Assembly (NCBI GenBank): GCA_951406725.2
Contig: OX597826.1
Location: 75,950,001-76,014,000, forward strand
Direction of reading: 5' to 3'
DNA length: 64,000 bases
Origin: Octopus vulgaris
Lineage: Eukaryota
The translations under genes and the position numbers were made by a program. Shown here in pieces: positions 24,801 through 34,379 of this stretch (its first letter is position 1; every line of letters begins with the position of its first letter). The notes beneath the pieces were generated by a model. It was not told the origin of the DNA and did no database searches. It worked only from the letters and a program-made list of their open reading frames with translations.

Positions 24801-26735
24801 GCTACGGTCCCCTTTCTACTATAGGCCCAAGGCCTGACATTTTGGGGGAGAGGACTAGTTAATTACATCACCCCCCTCCCCCCAGTGTTTCACTGGTACT
24901 TAATTTATTGACTCCAAAAGGATGAGAGGCAAAGTTGACCACAGCTGTATTTGAACTTAGAACATAGCAACAGGCAAAGTACTGCTAAGCATTTCATCCG
25001 GCATGCTAACAATTCTGCCAGCTTGCCGCCATAATAATAATAATAATAAAGTGGAAAAATGAAGAAGATAAAGATAGTGCCAATTATTGTTGGGTCCTTG
25101 GGGAGAATATCAGAAGGCATCAAGGGGAATATAAAGGAAATTTTGAAGGAATGCTTTAATTTCGATCACTTTAAACCTTAAAGTGATCGAAATTAAATTA
25201 GCATTTAAACCAGTTATATTAGGTGAAAATATTCTGCTTTATCTTCTAACCAACCAGCTCCGGCTTCTCACACCTATCCTACAATGCCATCATAAAAATA
25301 ATCACATCATCGAAATCTCAAAGACACAAGATAATGCATGATTAATTCAAAACAAAAGTACCATCCAAAAATGGCCGATGCCAGTGCTGCCTGACTGGCT
25401 CTCATGCCAGTGGAACGTAAAAGGCACCCACTACATTCTCAGAGTGGTTGACATTAGAAAGGGCATCCAGCTGTAGAAACTCTGCTGGATCAGATTGGAG
25501 CCAGGTGCTGCCTCCTGGCTTGCCAGTCCTCAGTCAAACCATCCAACCCATGCCAGCATGGAAAGCGGACGTTAAATGATGATGATGAGAGTTCCAGTTG
25601 ATCTGATCAACAGAATAGCCTACTTGTGAAATTACATGCTAGTGGCATGTAAAAAGCACCCATTACACTCTCAGAGTGGTCAGCATTAGGAAGGGCATCC
25701 AGCTGTAGAAAACCATGTCAAATCAGACTGGAGTCAGGTTCTGCCTTCCAGCATGCCAGCCCAGTCAAATTGTCTAATCCATGCCAGCATGGGCAATGGA
25801 CATTAAATGATGATGATGATAAAGCAGTGGTTCAAAACCAGGATCCAATAAGGCCCATGGATGGCCATATAGGATTTTTTGTTTCTTAAAATTTATCTCT
25901 AATAAATTGCTTAAACTTCCACAATGCACAAAATATTTTCACAATTTTTTTTTAATACTGTTCCCAATAATATTTAATTATAAAAATTATGATTTTCTAA
26001 AATACCAAATGGCTGAGAGAGTCCATCTAGGTAAAATAGAAATCAAAGAGGTCCATAGGTAAAAAAAAAAAAAAATGGGTGGGGGGGTGGGGTGAGAATC
26101 ACTGCCATGAAGCATTCTAGATGTGAATGGAAAGAAGATATTTTTCTTGGATTCATGGTTTTAATCTTTTTATTAAGAAGATTTGCAGGTACACGTTTAA
26201 TTTCATGAAGAGAATCATTTGAGAGGAATTTGATGGAATAGAAAACCCACAACTTCTCCAACAGTTTGCAGGTACCATTGTTCTACATATGGAGAACAAA
26301 TATGATGCTACAGGAAATAGTACTGAAGCCCGTCATCCAACCACAAAAGACATGAGATATACAATGAAAATTGGTGCTTTTCTCTGTCATTGCATGTTCT
26401 CAGATGATAAAGATGAGATGCTGTGAGAACCATCCAACTAAAGCAAGCATCAGTAAAAAAAAACAGATGTAAAATATGAACTTTGAGGGTAAATCTCATT
26501 ATATTAAAAGGTGACATTTAGCCATTCGATGAGTGCTGGGATCAATATGGTTGAGCCTAGTTCCAGTAAAAGAATCTTTGAAGGCAGTGCTACAGTATGG
26601 TCACAGCCCAGTGACTGGAACCAGAAAAAAGAATACAGAAATATGAAAACCATTATCAAATTATGGTGAAACCCAAGAAGCATAATTTAATCAGACAAAT
26701 ACTTACGTTCTAATTTGAGCAGTGGAAAGTGCCAT
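984..26735 (-). CDS. Spliced CENP-C/Mif2-like centromere protein gene, 5' part (17 coding exons in window, about 578 aa, continues past the left edge)
   Basis: Exons joined by hand with GT/AG and matching phases: 26735-26707, 24310-24222, 23197-23151, 21623-21535, 20315-20262, 18934-18573, 17802-17741, 15463-15408, 14732-14524, then repeat exons 14372-14277, 13755-13666, 12264-12181, 7909-7826, 6786-6691, 5192-5097, 3163-3068, 1079-984. The frame is open throughout. The N-terminus MALSTAQIRTNLGKGILEGKRIRIDEDGFENFDDYF resembles the Mif2/CENP-C N-terminal D-x-x-G-x-E-N-x-D-D-[FY]-F motif and is followed by a long S/E/K-rich disordered region. The CENP-C motif and cupin domain are not in the window, so the family call is inference. 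Confidence 0.6.
2247..2812. repeat. Compound minisatellite with alternating GGAGGGATGCATGT / GGAGGAATGCATGT cores separated by variable (TA)/(TG) tracts
   Basis: About 5 dimeric units of roughly 115-125 bp seen directly. Confidence 0.85.
3068..3163 (-). CDS. Repeat exon R7 (VPSDVPEDKSSPQRHKKTQPSSTEKHTVRSK)
   Basis: TTTCCATCAG| ... AAAA|GTAAGT, 96 nt; alternative acceptor at 3151; inside ORF 3000..3182. Confidence 0.8.
4750..5085 (-). mobile_element. CR1-type LINE 3' fragment (same family as 54035-54785)
   Basis: HFFTLRVAEAWNKLPASVV on the minus strand plus the shared 3' UTR. Confidence 0.85.
5097..5192 (-). CDS. Repeat exon R6 (VPSGLPENKSSPSKHKMSQPSPTAKQTSKSK)
   Basis: TCTCAG| ... AAAA|GTAAGT, 96 nt; alternative acceptor at 5180; inside ORF 4915..5247. 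Confidence 0.8.
5466..5829. mobile_element. Foldback of Penelope-like element termini, each arm with a mutated hammerhead core
   Basis: Arms about 5466-5610 and 5678-5829 are inverted; consensus ACAC-CTGATGA-AGGCTG..C[AG]GCC-(G)AAA-CG-TT-GTGT. Confidence 0.65.
6691..6786 (-). CDS. Repeat exon R5 (VPSGVLKDKSSPLRHKKLRPSPIAKSTLKTK)
   Basis: TTCCCCAG|CAG... AAAA|GTAAGT, 96 nt; alternative acceptors at 6783 (NAGNAG) and 6774. Confidence 0.8.
7826..7909 (-). CDS. Repeat exon R4 (EAKDKTPPSRHKRPQPPLAAKHTLKSK)
   Basis: CTCTCAG| ... AAAA|GTAAGT, 84 nt. Confidence 0.8.
8638..9452. repeat. Two direct copies of a ~200-bp interspersed element (8638-8840, 9249-9452)
   Basis: CGGAGATGTACTC...CACTGACAAAAATCCG present twice. 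Confidence 0.85.
10899..11112. mobile_element. piggyBac-type MITE
   Basis: TTAA|CCCTTTCGTTAC ... GTAACGAAAGGG|TTAA: perfect 12-bp TIR with TTAA target duplication. Confidence 0.9.
12181..12264 (-). CDS. Repeat exon R3 (VPQDKSSPSRYKKPPTTSPEKQTLRNK)
   Basis: TCTCTCAG| ... AAAA|GTAAGT, 84 nt. Confidence 0.8.
13666..13755 (-). CDS. Repeat exon R2 (VPQEKSSPLKRKKPQPSPTAKHTLNYKRE)
   Basis: CTTCAG| ... GAAA|GTAGGT, 90 nt, phase 1-1. Confidence 0.75.
14277..14372 (-). CDS. Repeat exon R1 (DVPSDVPKDKSSPLRHKKPQPSPTAKQTLKSK)
   Basis: CTTCAG| ... AAAA|GTGAGT, 96 nt, phase 1-1; alternative acceptor at 14360. Confidence 0.8.
14524..14732 (-). CDS. CENP-C-like exon 9 (FSASPEKIKESPRKMISAFG...SAEKNK)
   Basis: Poly-T tract then CCTGACAG|; donor AAAG|GTTTGT; 209 nt, phase 2 to 1; overlaps ORF 14498..14689. 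Confidence 0.8.
15408..15463 (-). CDS. CENP-C-like exon 8 (VLPEAVSTRKKRKMTVSE-S), NLS-like RKKRK
   Basis: CTCCACAG|...GAAAG|GTAAC, 56 nt, phase 0 to 2. Confidence 0.8.
15551..15764. mobile_element. Degenerate Tc1/mariner-type MITE
   Basis: TA|CAGGGTGGCCCCAAATGTGG ... CTACTTTTGGGCCATACATG, imperfect TIR. Confidence 0.5.
17225..17418 (-). mobile_element. Diverged CR1-type 3' UTR fragment
   Basis: AATGAAATT...GTGCTCAGGTGCAC...GGCGAATTTCAGGAA matches the family. Confidence 0.75.
17419..17612 (+). pseudogene. Inverted copy of CENP-C-like exon 3 with both splice sites and downstream intron (source 23017-23211)
   Basis: TTTTACAGACTCCGATGACTCTGAAGTAGAAATTGTGAACCACACTGACAATGTTGTAAGTATC... is the reverse complement of 23017-23211 with scattered substitutions. 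Confidence 0.9.
17741..17802 (-). CDS. CENP-C-like exon 7, acidic (ENEDDEENEDDLENDNIKNED)
   Basis: GTTTTCCAG|...GAT|GTAAGT, 62 nt, phase 1 to 0. Confidence 0.8.
18573..18934 (-). CDS. CENP-C-like exon 6 (VSYVQRVISKRGMKS...SSSKECQ)
   Basis: Overlaps ORF 18451..18924; TTGTATTGAAG| ... CAAG|GTATT, 362 nt, phase 2 to 1. Confidence 0.85.
19218..19413 (+). pseudogene. Inverted, internally deleted copy of CENP-C-like exon 5 plus its upstream intron (source 20251-20497)
   Basis: ACAGGCATTGTGTAATTGAGAAGG...AGCCTTTATTTGCAG ATTATCCCTGTTGAAAGGCTTCTGATA GTAAGTGTTTC is the reverse complement of 20251-20497. Confidence 0.9.
20262..20315 (-). CDS. CENP-C-like exon 5 (LSFPVESMTDSCSNASE-E)
   Basis: TTTGCAG|...GAAGA|GTAAGT, 54 nt, symmetric phase 2. 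Confidence 0.8.
21535..21623 (-). CDS. CENP-C-like exon 4 (KIVAVKPAADDDAKSSVSPLSLSNFPSRK-R)
   Basis: ATTTCAG|...AAAAG|GTAAG, 89 nt, phase 0 to 2. Confidence 0.8.
22611..23090 (-). mobile_element. SINE family C with (GAT)n tail (representative copy)
   Basis: CATCATCGTTTAACGTCCG...CATGGGTTGGACGG...CTGGATGCCCTTCCTAA.GCCAACCAC. More than 20 copies in both orientations, e.g. 1793-1940, 15040-15265, 16230-16460, 18990-19217, 20580-21030, 24466-24810, 39897-40070, 40980-41290, 55690-55885 and 59862-60110. Confidence 0.85.
23151..23197 (-). CDS. CENP-C-like exon 3 (DSDDSDVEIVNHADNV)
   Basis: TTTTTACAG|...GTT|GTAAGT, 47 nt, phase 1 to 0. Confidence 0.8.
23868..24040 (-). mobile_element. tRNA-derived CORE-type SINE, family A (representative copy)
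   Basis: Head GGCGCAGGAGTGGCTGTGTGGTAAG...GGTTCAGTCCC (A/B boxes) plus CTTGGGCAAGTGTC (CORE-like). Other copies at about 485-640, 1320-1725, 7420-7800, 9900-10270, 11370-11835, 16780-17150, 23275-23640, 28090-28250, 31838-32095, 39475-39835 and 58830-58990. Confidence 0.85.
24222..24310 (-). CDS. CENP-C-like exon 2 (NLGKGILEGKRIRIDEDGFENFDDYFTET), Mif2_N-like motif
   Basis: GTTTTCAG|...ACTG|GTAA, 89 nt, phase 2 to 1. Confidence 0.85.
26707..26735 (-). CDS. CENP-C-like coding exon 1 (MALSTAQIR-T); the exon acceptor is at 26744
   Basis: TTTTTCAG|AAATGGATCATGGCACTT...AGAAC|GTAAGT; phase 2 matches the next exon. Confidence 0.75.
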
Positions 26736-27299
26736 GATCCATTTCTGAAAAAGATTAACAGGAGATTAAGTTAATTTTTTTTTTCTAATTTTATTTTATA
26801 GATCAATTAGAAAGAGGTGAAGCACCTATGACCCTTATTTTCCAAGGCCTCCAAGATTAACCCTTTAACATTCAGATTACTCTGTCAAACATAATACTAC
26901 CAGTTTATTCATTCGTATTGCTTTGAATCAATCACGCATTAACTTGTAGCTTCGAGATTTCAATGTGATTGTTTATTTTTAGAATGACATTATAGGGTAG
27001 GCGTGAGAGGCATGACCTGACCAGTTTGATCATATAATGAGTAGAATATTTTGGCCAGATGTGCAGAAAAAAAAACAGTAACAACAAATCAACCTTTTAT
27101 TAAAGGTGGTCAGCTATGACTCTCTGGCTCCTGCAACGGCCCTTCATACTGGACAGGTTAAAGGATAGAGGCCAACTAATATGAACTGCCTGTTCCCAGA
27201 GGTAAAAATGAATGTGCTTAGGGACAGCAGCCCTACCTAGAAAAACGAAAGTTATGAAGCTTCAATGACATTTCAAAGCCAACAAGACATGAGAGAGGA

Positions 27300-27625
27300 A
27301 AGAACTTCTTTCAGAGAAACATGATGTGGTGCAGCAAAATCTGGGAGGAAGGCCAGTCCCTGAAGGACATGTGGAGATGGATAGGCCAGACACCCACACC
27401 TTAAGAAAAACAGCATCCTAAATAAGACATCAGGCTTTGGTCTGAAACTGATAAGGGAGGCAGAAGAGAGGCCACTCTAAAAATTGCTGGAGGTAGGATA
27501 CTGATACAAAGCTGAAGAACCAGAGATCTAACCAGAATGAAGACAGACAGACAAGAGTGAAGAACAGTGGAGAAAAGTTATCAATCATCTATTCTCGAAA
27601 GGGAGCAAAAGGCTTCAGTATACAA
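27300..27625 (+). mobile_element. Decayed RTE-like LINE 3' coding remnant
   Basis: Degenerate 'WRWIG...ALxW...GRxKRG' pattern; frameshifted. Confidence 0.45.
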
Positions 27626-28475
27626 GCTATGACCATCCAACAGTTAGTTATGGAGGTTACAGTTGTTGTTTAGCTGTTGATCGAGCTTTTAATGAGAGGA
27701 ATTATAATTAAAGGCATTCCTGCTATAACCACTGTTAAGATTATAAATGTTGTTTGGCTGCCATGCTTCTATTGATTAAAAATCTTCCGGCAATGACCAT
27801 CCATCCAGTTTAGGAACATTCGTTTGTTCTTTTATGTGTTTCACTCACTGGAGTACAGCCACGCTGAGGGAACGCTTTGAGGAAGTTAGTTAATCAAATC
27901 AACACCAGTAAGTCTAATGTTTAATCATTCTGTTTTGTCAAACCACTAAGTGAAAGAGGGGCAAACAATCTGGCGAAAGTAAAGAGAATGCACACCCGGA
28001 GCTCAGGGTTACGGTTAGGGTTTTTGTTACACTGAAAACGGATGGTGTGCATGTTCTTTACCTCTGGCAACAATCCAACACCAAGGGTTAAGCATTGAAA
28101 CACACACACACATACGTTTTATATAACGGACTTTCACACAGTTTCTGTCCACCAAATCCTTTCACAAAGCATTGGTAGGTCCAGAGCTATAGCAGAAAAC
28201 ACTTGCCCAAGGTGACTTGTAGTGGAACCGAACTCGAAAGCATGCGGTTACAGGATCTTCCCTTGCTAAAACCGTATAGTTGTCAGCTTCGACCAAGCAA
28301 ACTTATGATCCAAGCAGTCCAGCTACGACCAAGCCCGATCTTTAGGGTTGCTTTAGAATCCGTCATCTAATCAAGAGGTAACGCAATGGAGCAAGTAACG
28401 CGGCATATATGAGACCCCTTTCTGCTGACTGGTACTGCCATCTCAGGAGAAATCAAAGCTTCATTGTTTGATTTA

Positions 28476-29030
28476 GTACTGAGATTGCACCAGACTAGAA
28501 CTTGAACGAGGAAGGCCTATTACGAAGGCCAAGGCGAATTTAGGACAGTTTTCAATATTAACTAAAAACCAAGTCCTCAACAGCGATCTTCTTGACGCTC
28601 TCAGCTACGCGGACGAGTACTTTGTCAGCAAGTACTAAAACAAGAAGGCCTGTTACGAAGATCGCGGTGGATATAGGAGGGCAATCCTCAGTATTAACTT
28701 ACACCAAGTCCACAACAGCCATCTTCGTTAAACTGTCAGCTTGGTGGACGAGTACCTTGTCGAACGAGTACTAAAACAGGAAGGCCTGTTACGAGGATCG
28801 CGGTGGATATAGGAGGGCAGTCCTCAGTATTAACTTACACCAAGTCCACAACAGCCATCTTCGTTAAACTGTCAGCTTGGTGGACGAGTACTTTGTCGAA
28901 CGAGTACTAAAACTGCACCAGACTAGATCTTGCACGCGAAAGGCAATTACGAGGACCATGGTGGATTTAGGAGGACAGTCATCAACAGCCATCTTCGTAA
29001 CAACAATCAGCCTGGTGGACGAGTACTTTG
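28476..29030. repeat. Degenerate tandem repeat, about 136-bp period, 4 units
   Basis: GTACTAAAA at 28632, 28768 and 28904 (136 apart), with a diverged first unit from about 28477; GGACGAGTACTTTG(T) recurs. Confidence 0.85.
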
Positions 29031-29429
29031 GGGGTGAAACGGATACCAAACAGACTGCGTACTTGTCAGTTATCCAGTACCATCTTCCCTACTTGCAACA
29101 CAATTGTGCTGTCTGACTGACCAAGATGCCAGAAGTGTGAATCTGATCAACGAAATTCATTATGGTCATTTACATTTCGAATTGGAGCACCACCGAGGTC
29201 AGCTTTAAAAGAATGGCAAAATACCAATTACCTACTGACGTGCATTTAAATTCCTATAATGCATTTTCCGATGTGAACGGAATTACAAGAGAACGTTGGG
29301 GAAAGGTGTGATTTGACATCTATTTCTAACAGGTTGACTGGCCACGTCCAGGCTCCGTTGTCGGTTTTGTCTGTAAACATTGGTCTCGATTTACGCCTTA
29401 GAAATAGCGAAGAGAGTCTGTAAGCTATA

Positions 29430-29990
29430 TACACACGCGCGCGCGCTACATCTGTGTGTGTGTGTGTGAAGGTATGTGTGTAGGTATGTGCGTATAAGTA
29501 TGTCAACAGCGTTACACACTCGCCAAGGCATGTATGTATAACGTGTATACTAGAGTGCATATATAAGAATATATGCGTGCGTGCGTGTGTGTGTGTGTAC
29601 ACATACACACGTATATATATATTATACACACACACACACTTATATACATGTTACTGTGTGTACACAATGTATTATATGTGTATGTGCACACGCATATATA
29701 TATATATATATACACACACACTCATACATGTGTGTGTGTGTACACATAACGTATTATATGAATGTGTATGTGCACACGTATATATGTGTGTATATATATA
29801 TAGAGTCGATCTTTCGTCTCTAGTAGACCTTTCGCCAGATATATATATATACACATATACATGTGACAGTGTGTGTATATACACATAACGTATTATATGA
29901 ATGTGTTTGTACACACGTATATATATATATACACACATACATGTGTGTGTACACATGTATTATATGAATGTGTATGTGTACACGTATATA

Positions 29991-30026
<36 letters not shown>

Positions 30027-30095
30027 CACACACATACATGTGACAGTGTGTGTATGTGTATAGATGTATGAGTGTGTATATTCACACATACATTA
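29430..30095. repeat. Low-complexity (TA/CA/TG) minisatellite with recurring TACACATAACGTATTATATGAATGTG
   Basis: Direct inspection. Confidence 0.75.
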
Positions 30096-30154
30096 TACAA
30101 ATAAAGTGCGTTTAAAATTTAAAAACGTCATTACAATGTTATCCAAACGATTAT

Positions 30155-30405
30155 ACTCACACTTCCAACCGTGGCCAACCAGTCTACGCCTCCGCTTGTA
30201 CTGAAACTCTCTTCTCTACAACTTTACCATAAAATATAAACAAATGAGACTCACAAACATTTACAATACCGCCATAATGCGAGGTGGGACAACACTGAAT
30301 AATATCGACCTTCTGATTGGTCAGAAATGGGGAATCGGGCGGTGGGGGAAGAGATTTCCTTGTGTTTTGATTGGTTAAAAAGTAAACGTCAACGCGTGTT
30401 GATGC
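30155..30405 (-). promoter_or_regulatory. Probable promoter and first exon(s) of the CENP-C-like gene
   Basis: Non-repetitive, relatively CpG-rich stretch. It has two CCAAT boxes (ATTGG at 30316-30320 and 30370-30374), a GC box GGGCGG near 30337, ACGCGT inside a TCAAC-GCGT-GTTGA palindrome, a YY1-like ATGGCGG, and minus-strand donors GTGAGT at 30254-30249 and 30160-30155. Confidence 0.55.
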
Positions 30406-32199
30406 ATTTTTTTTATTTCTTTTCTTCTTTTAGGCACCAGGCCAAAAAGTGGTTGTTTATACCTATTTCTTTACTACCCACAAGGGGCTAAACATAGAGG
30501 GGACAAACAAGGACAGACAAGCGGATTAAGTCGATTATATCGACCCAGTACGCAACTGGTACTTATTTAATCGCCCCCGAAAGGATGAAAGGCAAAGTGG
30601 ACCTCGGCGGAATTTGAACTCAGAACGTAAAGACAGACGAAATACCTATTTCTTTACTACCCACAAGGGCCTAAGCACAGACAGGACAAACAAGCGTATT
30701 AAGTCGATTATATCGACCTCAGTGCGTAACTGGTACTTATGTGGTTGTTTATATCGACTCGGCCGTCACTAAGTAAATGTTTCTACACCTCATTGCAGAC
30801 CCCGACCGAACAGAACCCTGTTCAAAAGCGTTCGGTCGTGACCATTCCGTCACTTTGCATATTAGGGACCATTTTATTAAACGTGTCTTTTTTTTTTCTT
30901 TTGTTTGTTCATGACGTTAGGCAAAGTTTCACTACATATTTTTAGCAAATCGAGCAAGGATTCAGAGGCCTTCTTAACTTGTTTTATTTTATTCGGATTT
31001 GAGGCGTAACTTCGATATAGGTACCGGAAGTACCAGATACATTTCAAGAAAGTGCTTTTTATATATATATATATATATGGGGGGGGAGTGGGAGAAAAGG
31101 ATTTCTGTTATCTTCAGAAATGTAAACAAAGCCACTTACAGTACCTATACCGAAGGATCGCCAACCCCAACCTTTTTACGCCACGGACCTATTCCCTACA
31201 AGGTAATTTTCCCACGGACATAAGAAAACAATATGCAATAATATGTAATTTAATTATTACATATATAAAGTAAAAACACCCAGCAGACTGTCTTTGTGAG
31301 ATCTGGTACCAAATGATAGACGGTCAGGTGGTTGGAGACCCCTAATTTAAAGGATATACTAAGGATGAATGTCTATCATTGTTCCTGTTTACAGGTCTAC
31401 TAACTATTTTTGAACGAGCTAAAAGACCTACCACATTCTTAAACTATGTAGTCCTAACATTTTATGATTTATGCACAAAGCCAGCAATTTTGAGGGAAGG
31501 AGTTTAGTCTACACCACCGCCCCACTACCTGACTACATTTTATCGCTCCTGGAAGGATAAAAGGCAAAACTGACTTCGGTAGGATTTGAACTCAGAACAT
31601 AATGGCCAGACACTGAAAAGTATTTTGTCCAGTAATAATAATCTCTTTGATTTAACCTCAGAGGACAATTTCTTACAATTCCTTCATGCATACCAAATAT
31701 GAAATGTTAAGACCAGAAACTTTCAAAATTAGGTGGGTTGGATAAAACCCATCTCGTTTTATAATATATATAAAAACCAAGGGCAAAAACGTTACACAAA
31801 TCTGATAGTTTAAAGAGTTGTGTAAAAGTAAAGACATAGGCGTGTGGCTGTATGCTAAGTAGCTTGCTTCCCAACCACATGATTCCAGGTTCAGTCCCAC
31901 TGTGTGGAATCTTGGGCAAGTGTCTTCTACTATAACCATGGGTTTGTGAGTGAATTTAGTTGACAGAAACTGAAAGAAGCCAGTCGTGTGTATGTGTGTG
32001 TGTTCACCACTGCTTGACAACAGGTGTTGATGTGTTTACATCCACCATAACTTAGCGGTTCGACAAAAAGAAACCGATAAAATAAGTATTAAACTTGATA
32101 GAGAATAAAATAAAAACAACTTTGATTTTGTATCTGGTTTACAACAAAATAAAACAAGATATTATTTAATTGAGTTGTCAAACTGCATAATGGCTGAGA

Positions 32200-32872
32200 C
32201 AGTGGTGGCTCGTGTATAGGAACTGTAGCAACCCCAATTTCCACCTGATATTATCAATAACATTCAACATAATGAGTCCTTTTTTTTCCTTTAATTCTTT
32301 ATACTTGTACATTATATAATCCGTAAGCTTAAAGCCAGTAGCCATTCCCTAGTTTATGAAAAAAGTACAAAATCCTTGTATCGAACTGTGTGTTTCACAG
32401 TTCCAGCAATGCAGTGTTTGGCTGTTGTACACATGATCACGTCTGAGATAGGACGCTTCACATTAGGGAGAGAGAGCACTGAGTGAACGACAGTGCCGGG
32501 TGAAAGGTAATGCTTCTTTTTGACTCCACATGTGTGTGCTTAAAAATATTCTTGAATGTGATAAAGTGAAGAATTAGCTTGTTATCCTGCTTCCAGCTTC
32601 AGTGTTGCTGTCAGGATTTGAAAAACAGGGCACATTTCCCCCACCTTATTTTGTGATTTATGGGGTATTTATGAAAAACAGCAGAGAATTTGCGTTGGTG
32701 TTCAGTGAACACATTAAACACACTACCCAGCAGTGGCTAAAATGCGAACCGAATAAGTTTATGAATAAATTTTCTATTTATACGTTTGTTTCCTTTTACA
32801 CAATATTAAAACAATGGCTAAAAATTTTCTGAAGCAGCAACCCCGACTAATTTTATCTACGGGCTGCTACTG
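32200..32872. mobile_element. hAT-type non-autonomous DNA transposon
   Basis: Imperfect TIR CAGTGGTGGCTCGT / ACGGGCTGCTACTG; 8-bp flanks GGCTGAGA and GGCTGAGG (7 of 8 identical). Confidence 0.75.
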
Positions 32873-34379
32873 GGCTGAGGACCTTTCATTGTGGCACTTG
32901 CTGCAGATAAAAGTGACCGTTGACGTCTGTATGGAATGAGACCAGAAACAACCACATCCTCTGCATACTCCTGCTCCAGCATTTGTTGTTATTGTGTTCT
33001 TGTTTTGGGCAAAAGCTTATCATTTTAGGCTCAGAATTCCAGCCCTGTTTGGTTTTTAAAGTATCTGACACTCTTGGTCACAATGACAAATATTCCAGAC
33101 GATTCGATCAACAGAACAGCCTACTTGTGAAAATAATGTACAAGTGGCTGCACTAGCACAGCTAGAGTGTGTGCCACCCAAGGTGGCCCGTTTGCTGCCC
33201 CCAGAGCCCACAAGAAACATATATTGCCTACAGCAGATCCAAAAGTGCTGCCCTTACAGCCTCGCCCCCAACTACACTGAGTACTCTTACAGACATGCAG
33301 ACCCTTCTCAGGAAGATTCAGAATGAGACAAGTCCACATGTTGTGAAATACAGATGCAACCCATTTTGGCCAGGTGAGTGGACTGGAGCAATGCAAAATA
33401 AAGTGTCTTGCTCAATGACACAATACACCACCAGGAGTCGAACTCGTGACTTTATGATCATGAGCTGAATGTCCTTAACCACAAAGCCATGCCCCTTCAC
33501 CTTATTCGGTTGAACATGATTAACACACTTCTGTAAAATCTGCCAAACCAAACAACATCTATTCTGTTACCGAGACATTCTTTCATCTTTTGGAAGGATC
33601 CGGAATTTCATGTCCTTGTATTCTCTGTCATCATCATAGGGGGTGGGGGGAGCTCCACTTATGAAAACAAGACATTTGTACTACAGGGCCAGAGGCAGTT
33701 TCAGCCAGGTTCGTATCAAAAGGGTTAAACATCTAAAAAAAAAAAGGACTGAATATTGTACCACGGCATCATTTATTTCTTCGCTGGAGGCAACTCCAAG
33801 TGCTTTCCATTGCCGTTATGTTCTGAGTTCAAATTCCGCCGAGGTTGACTTTGCCTTTCATCCTTTCGGGGTCGATTAAATAAGTACCAGTTACACACTT
33901 GGGTCGATATAATCGACTTAATCCGTTTGTCTGTCCTTATTTGTCCCCTCTGTGTTTAGCCCCTTGTGGGCAATAAAAAAATATATATTTATCTCTGTAA
34001 ATGTTTTAACTTCGGTATTTGCTTCTGCATCATCAACCGCAGCATCCTTAGGCTACCAATTTTTTTGGCAGTTGGTGTTGGCATCAGATGAACCACCTGA
34101 CAAGTGGAACTTCTCCTTTCTCTCTTCCGAAAACATATTTGGTCAGATGTTTCCTTGGATCAGCTTAATGGTCAAGCACAGCACTGAAGTAATAATCCCT
34201 TCTACTAAAGACATGAAATTCTGTGGTGGTAGGTGGGGGGTGGGAATGAGAACAGTCGATTACATCGACCCCAATGATCAACTGGTACTTATTTTATTAA
34301 CCCAAAAGAGTGAAGGGCAAAGTCGATCTCTGCAGAATCTGAAATTGGAACATATAGACAAAATAAATGGTGCCAAACA

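Noticed and set aside
28476-29030. CRISPR array or intact repeat-protein gene
   Set aside because: There are no unique spacers, the 136-bp period is not a multiple of 3, and stops interrupt the frames
30950-31230. Divergent plus-strand gene or promoter (ACCGGAAGT ETS-like site near 31023)
   Set aside because: A single motif only, with no supportable plus-strand exons downstream
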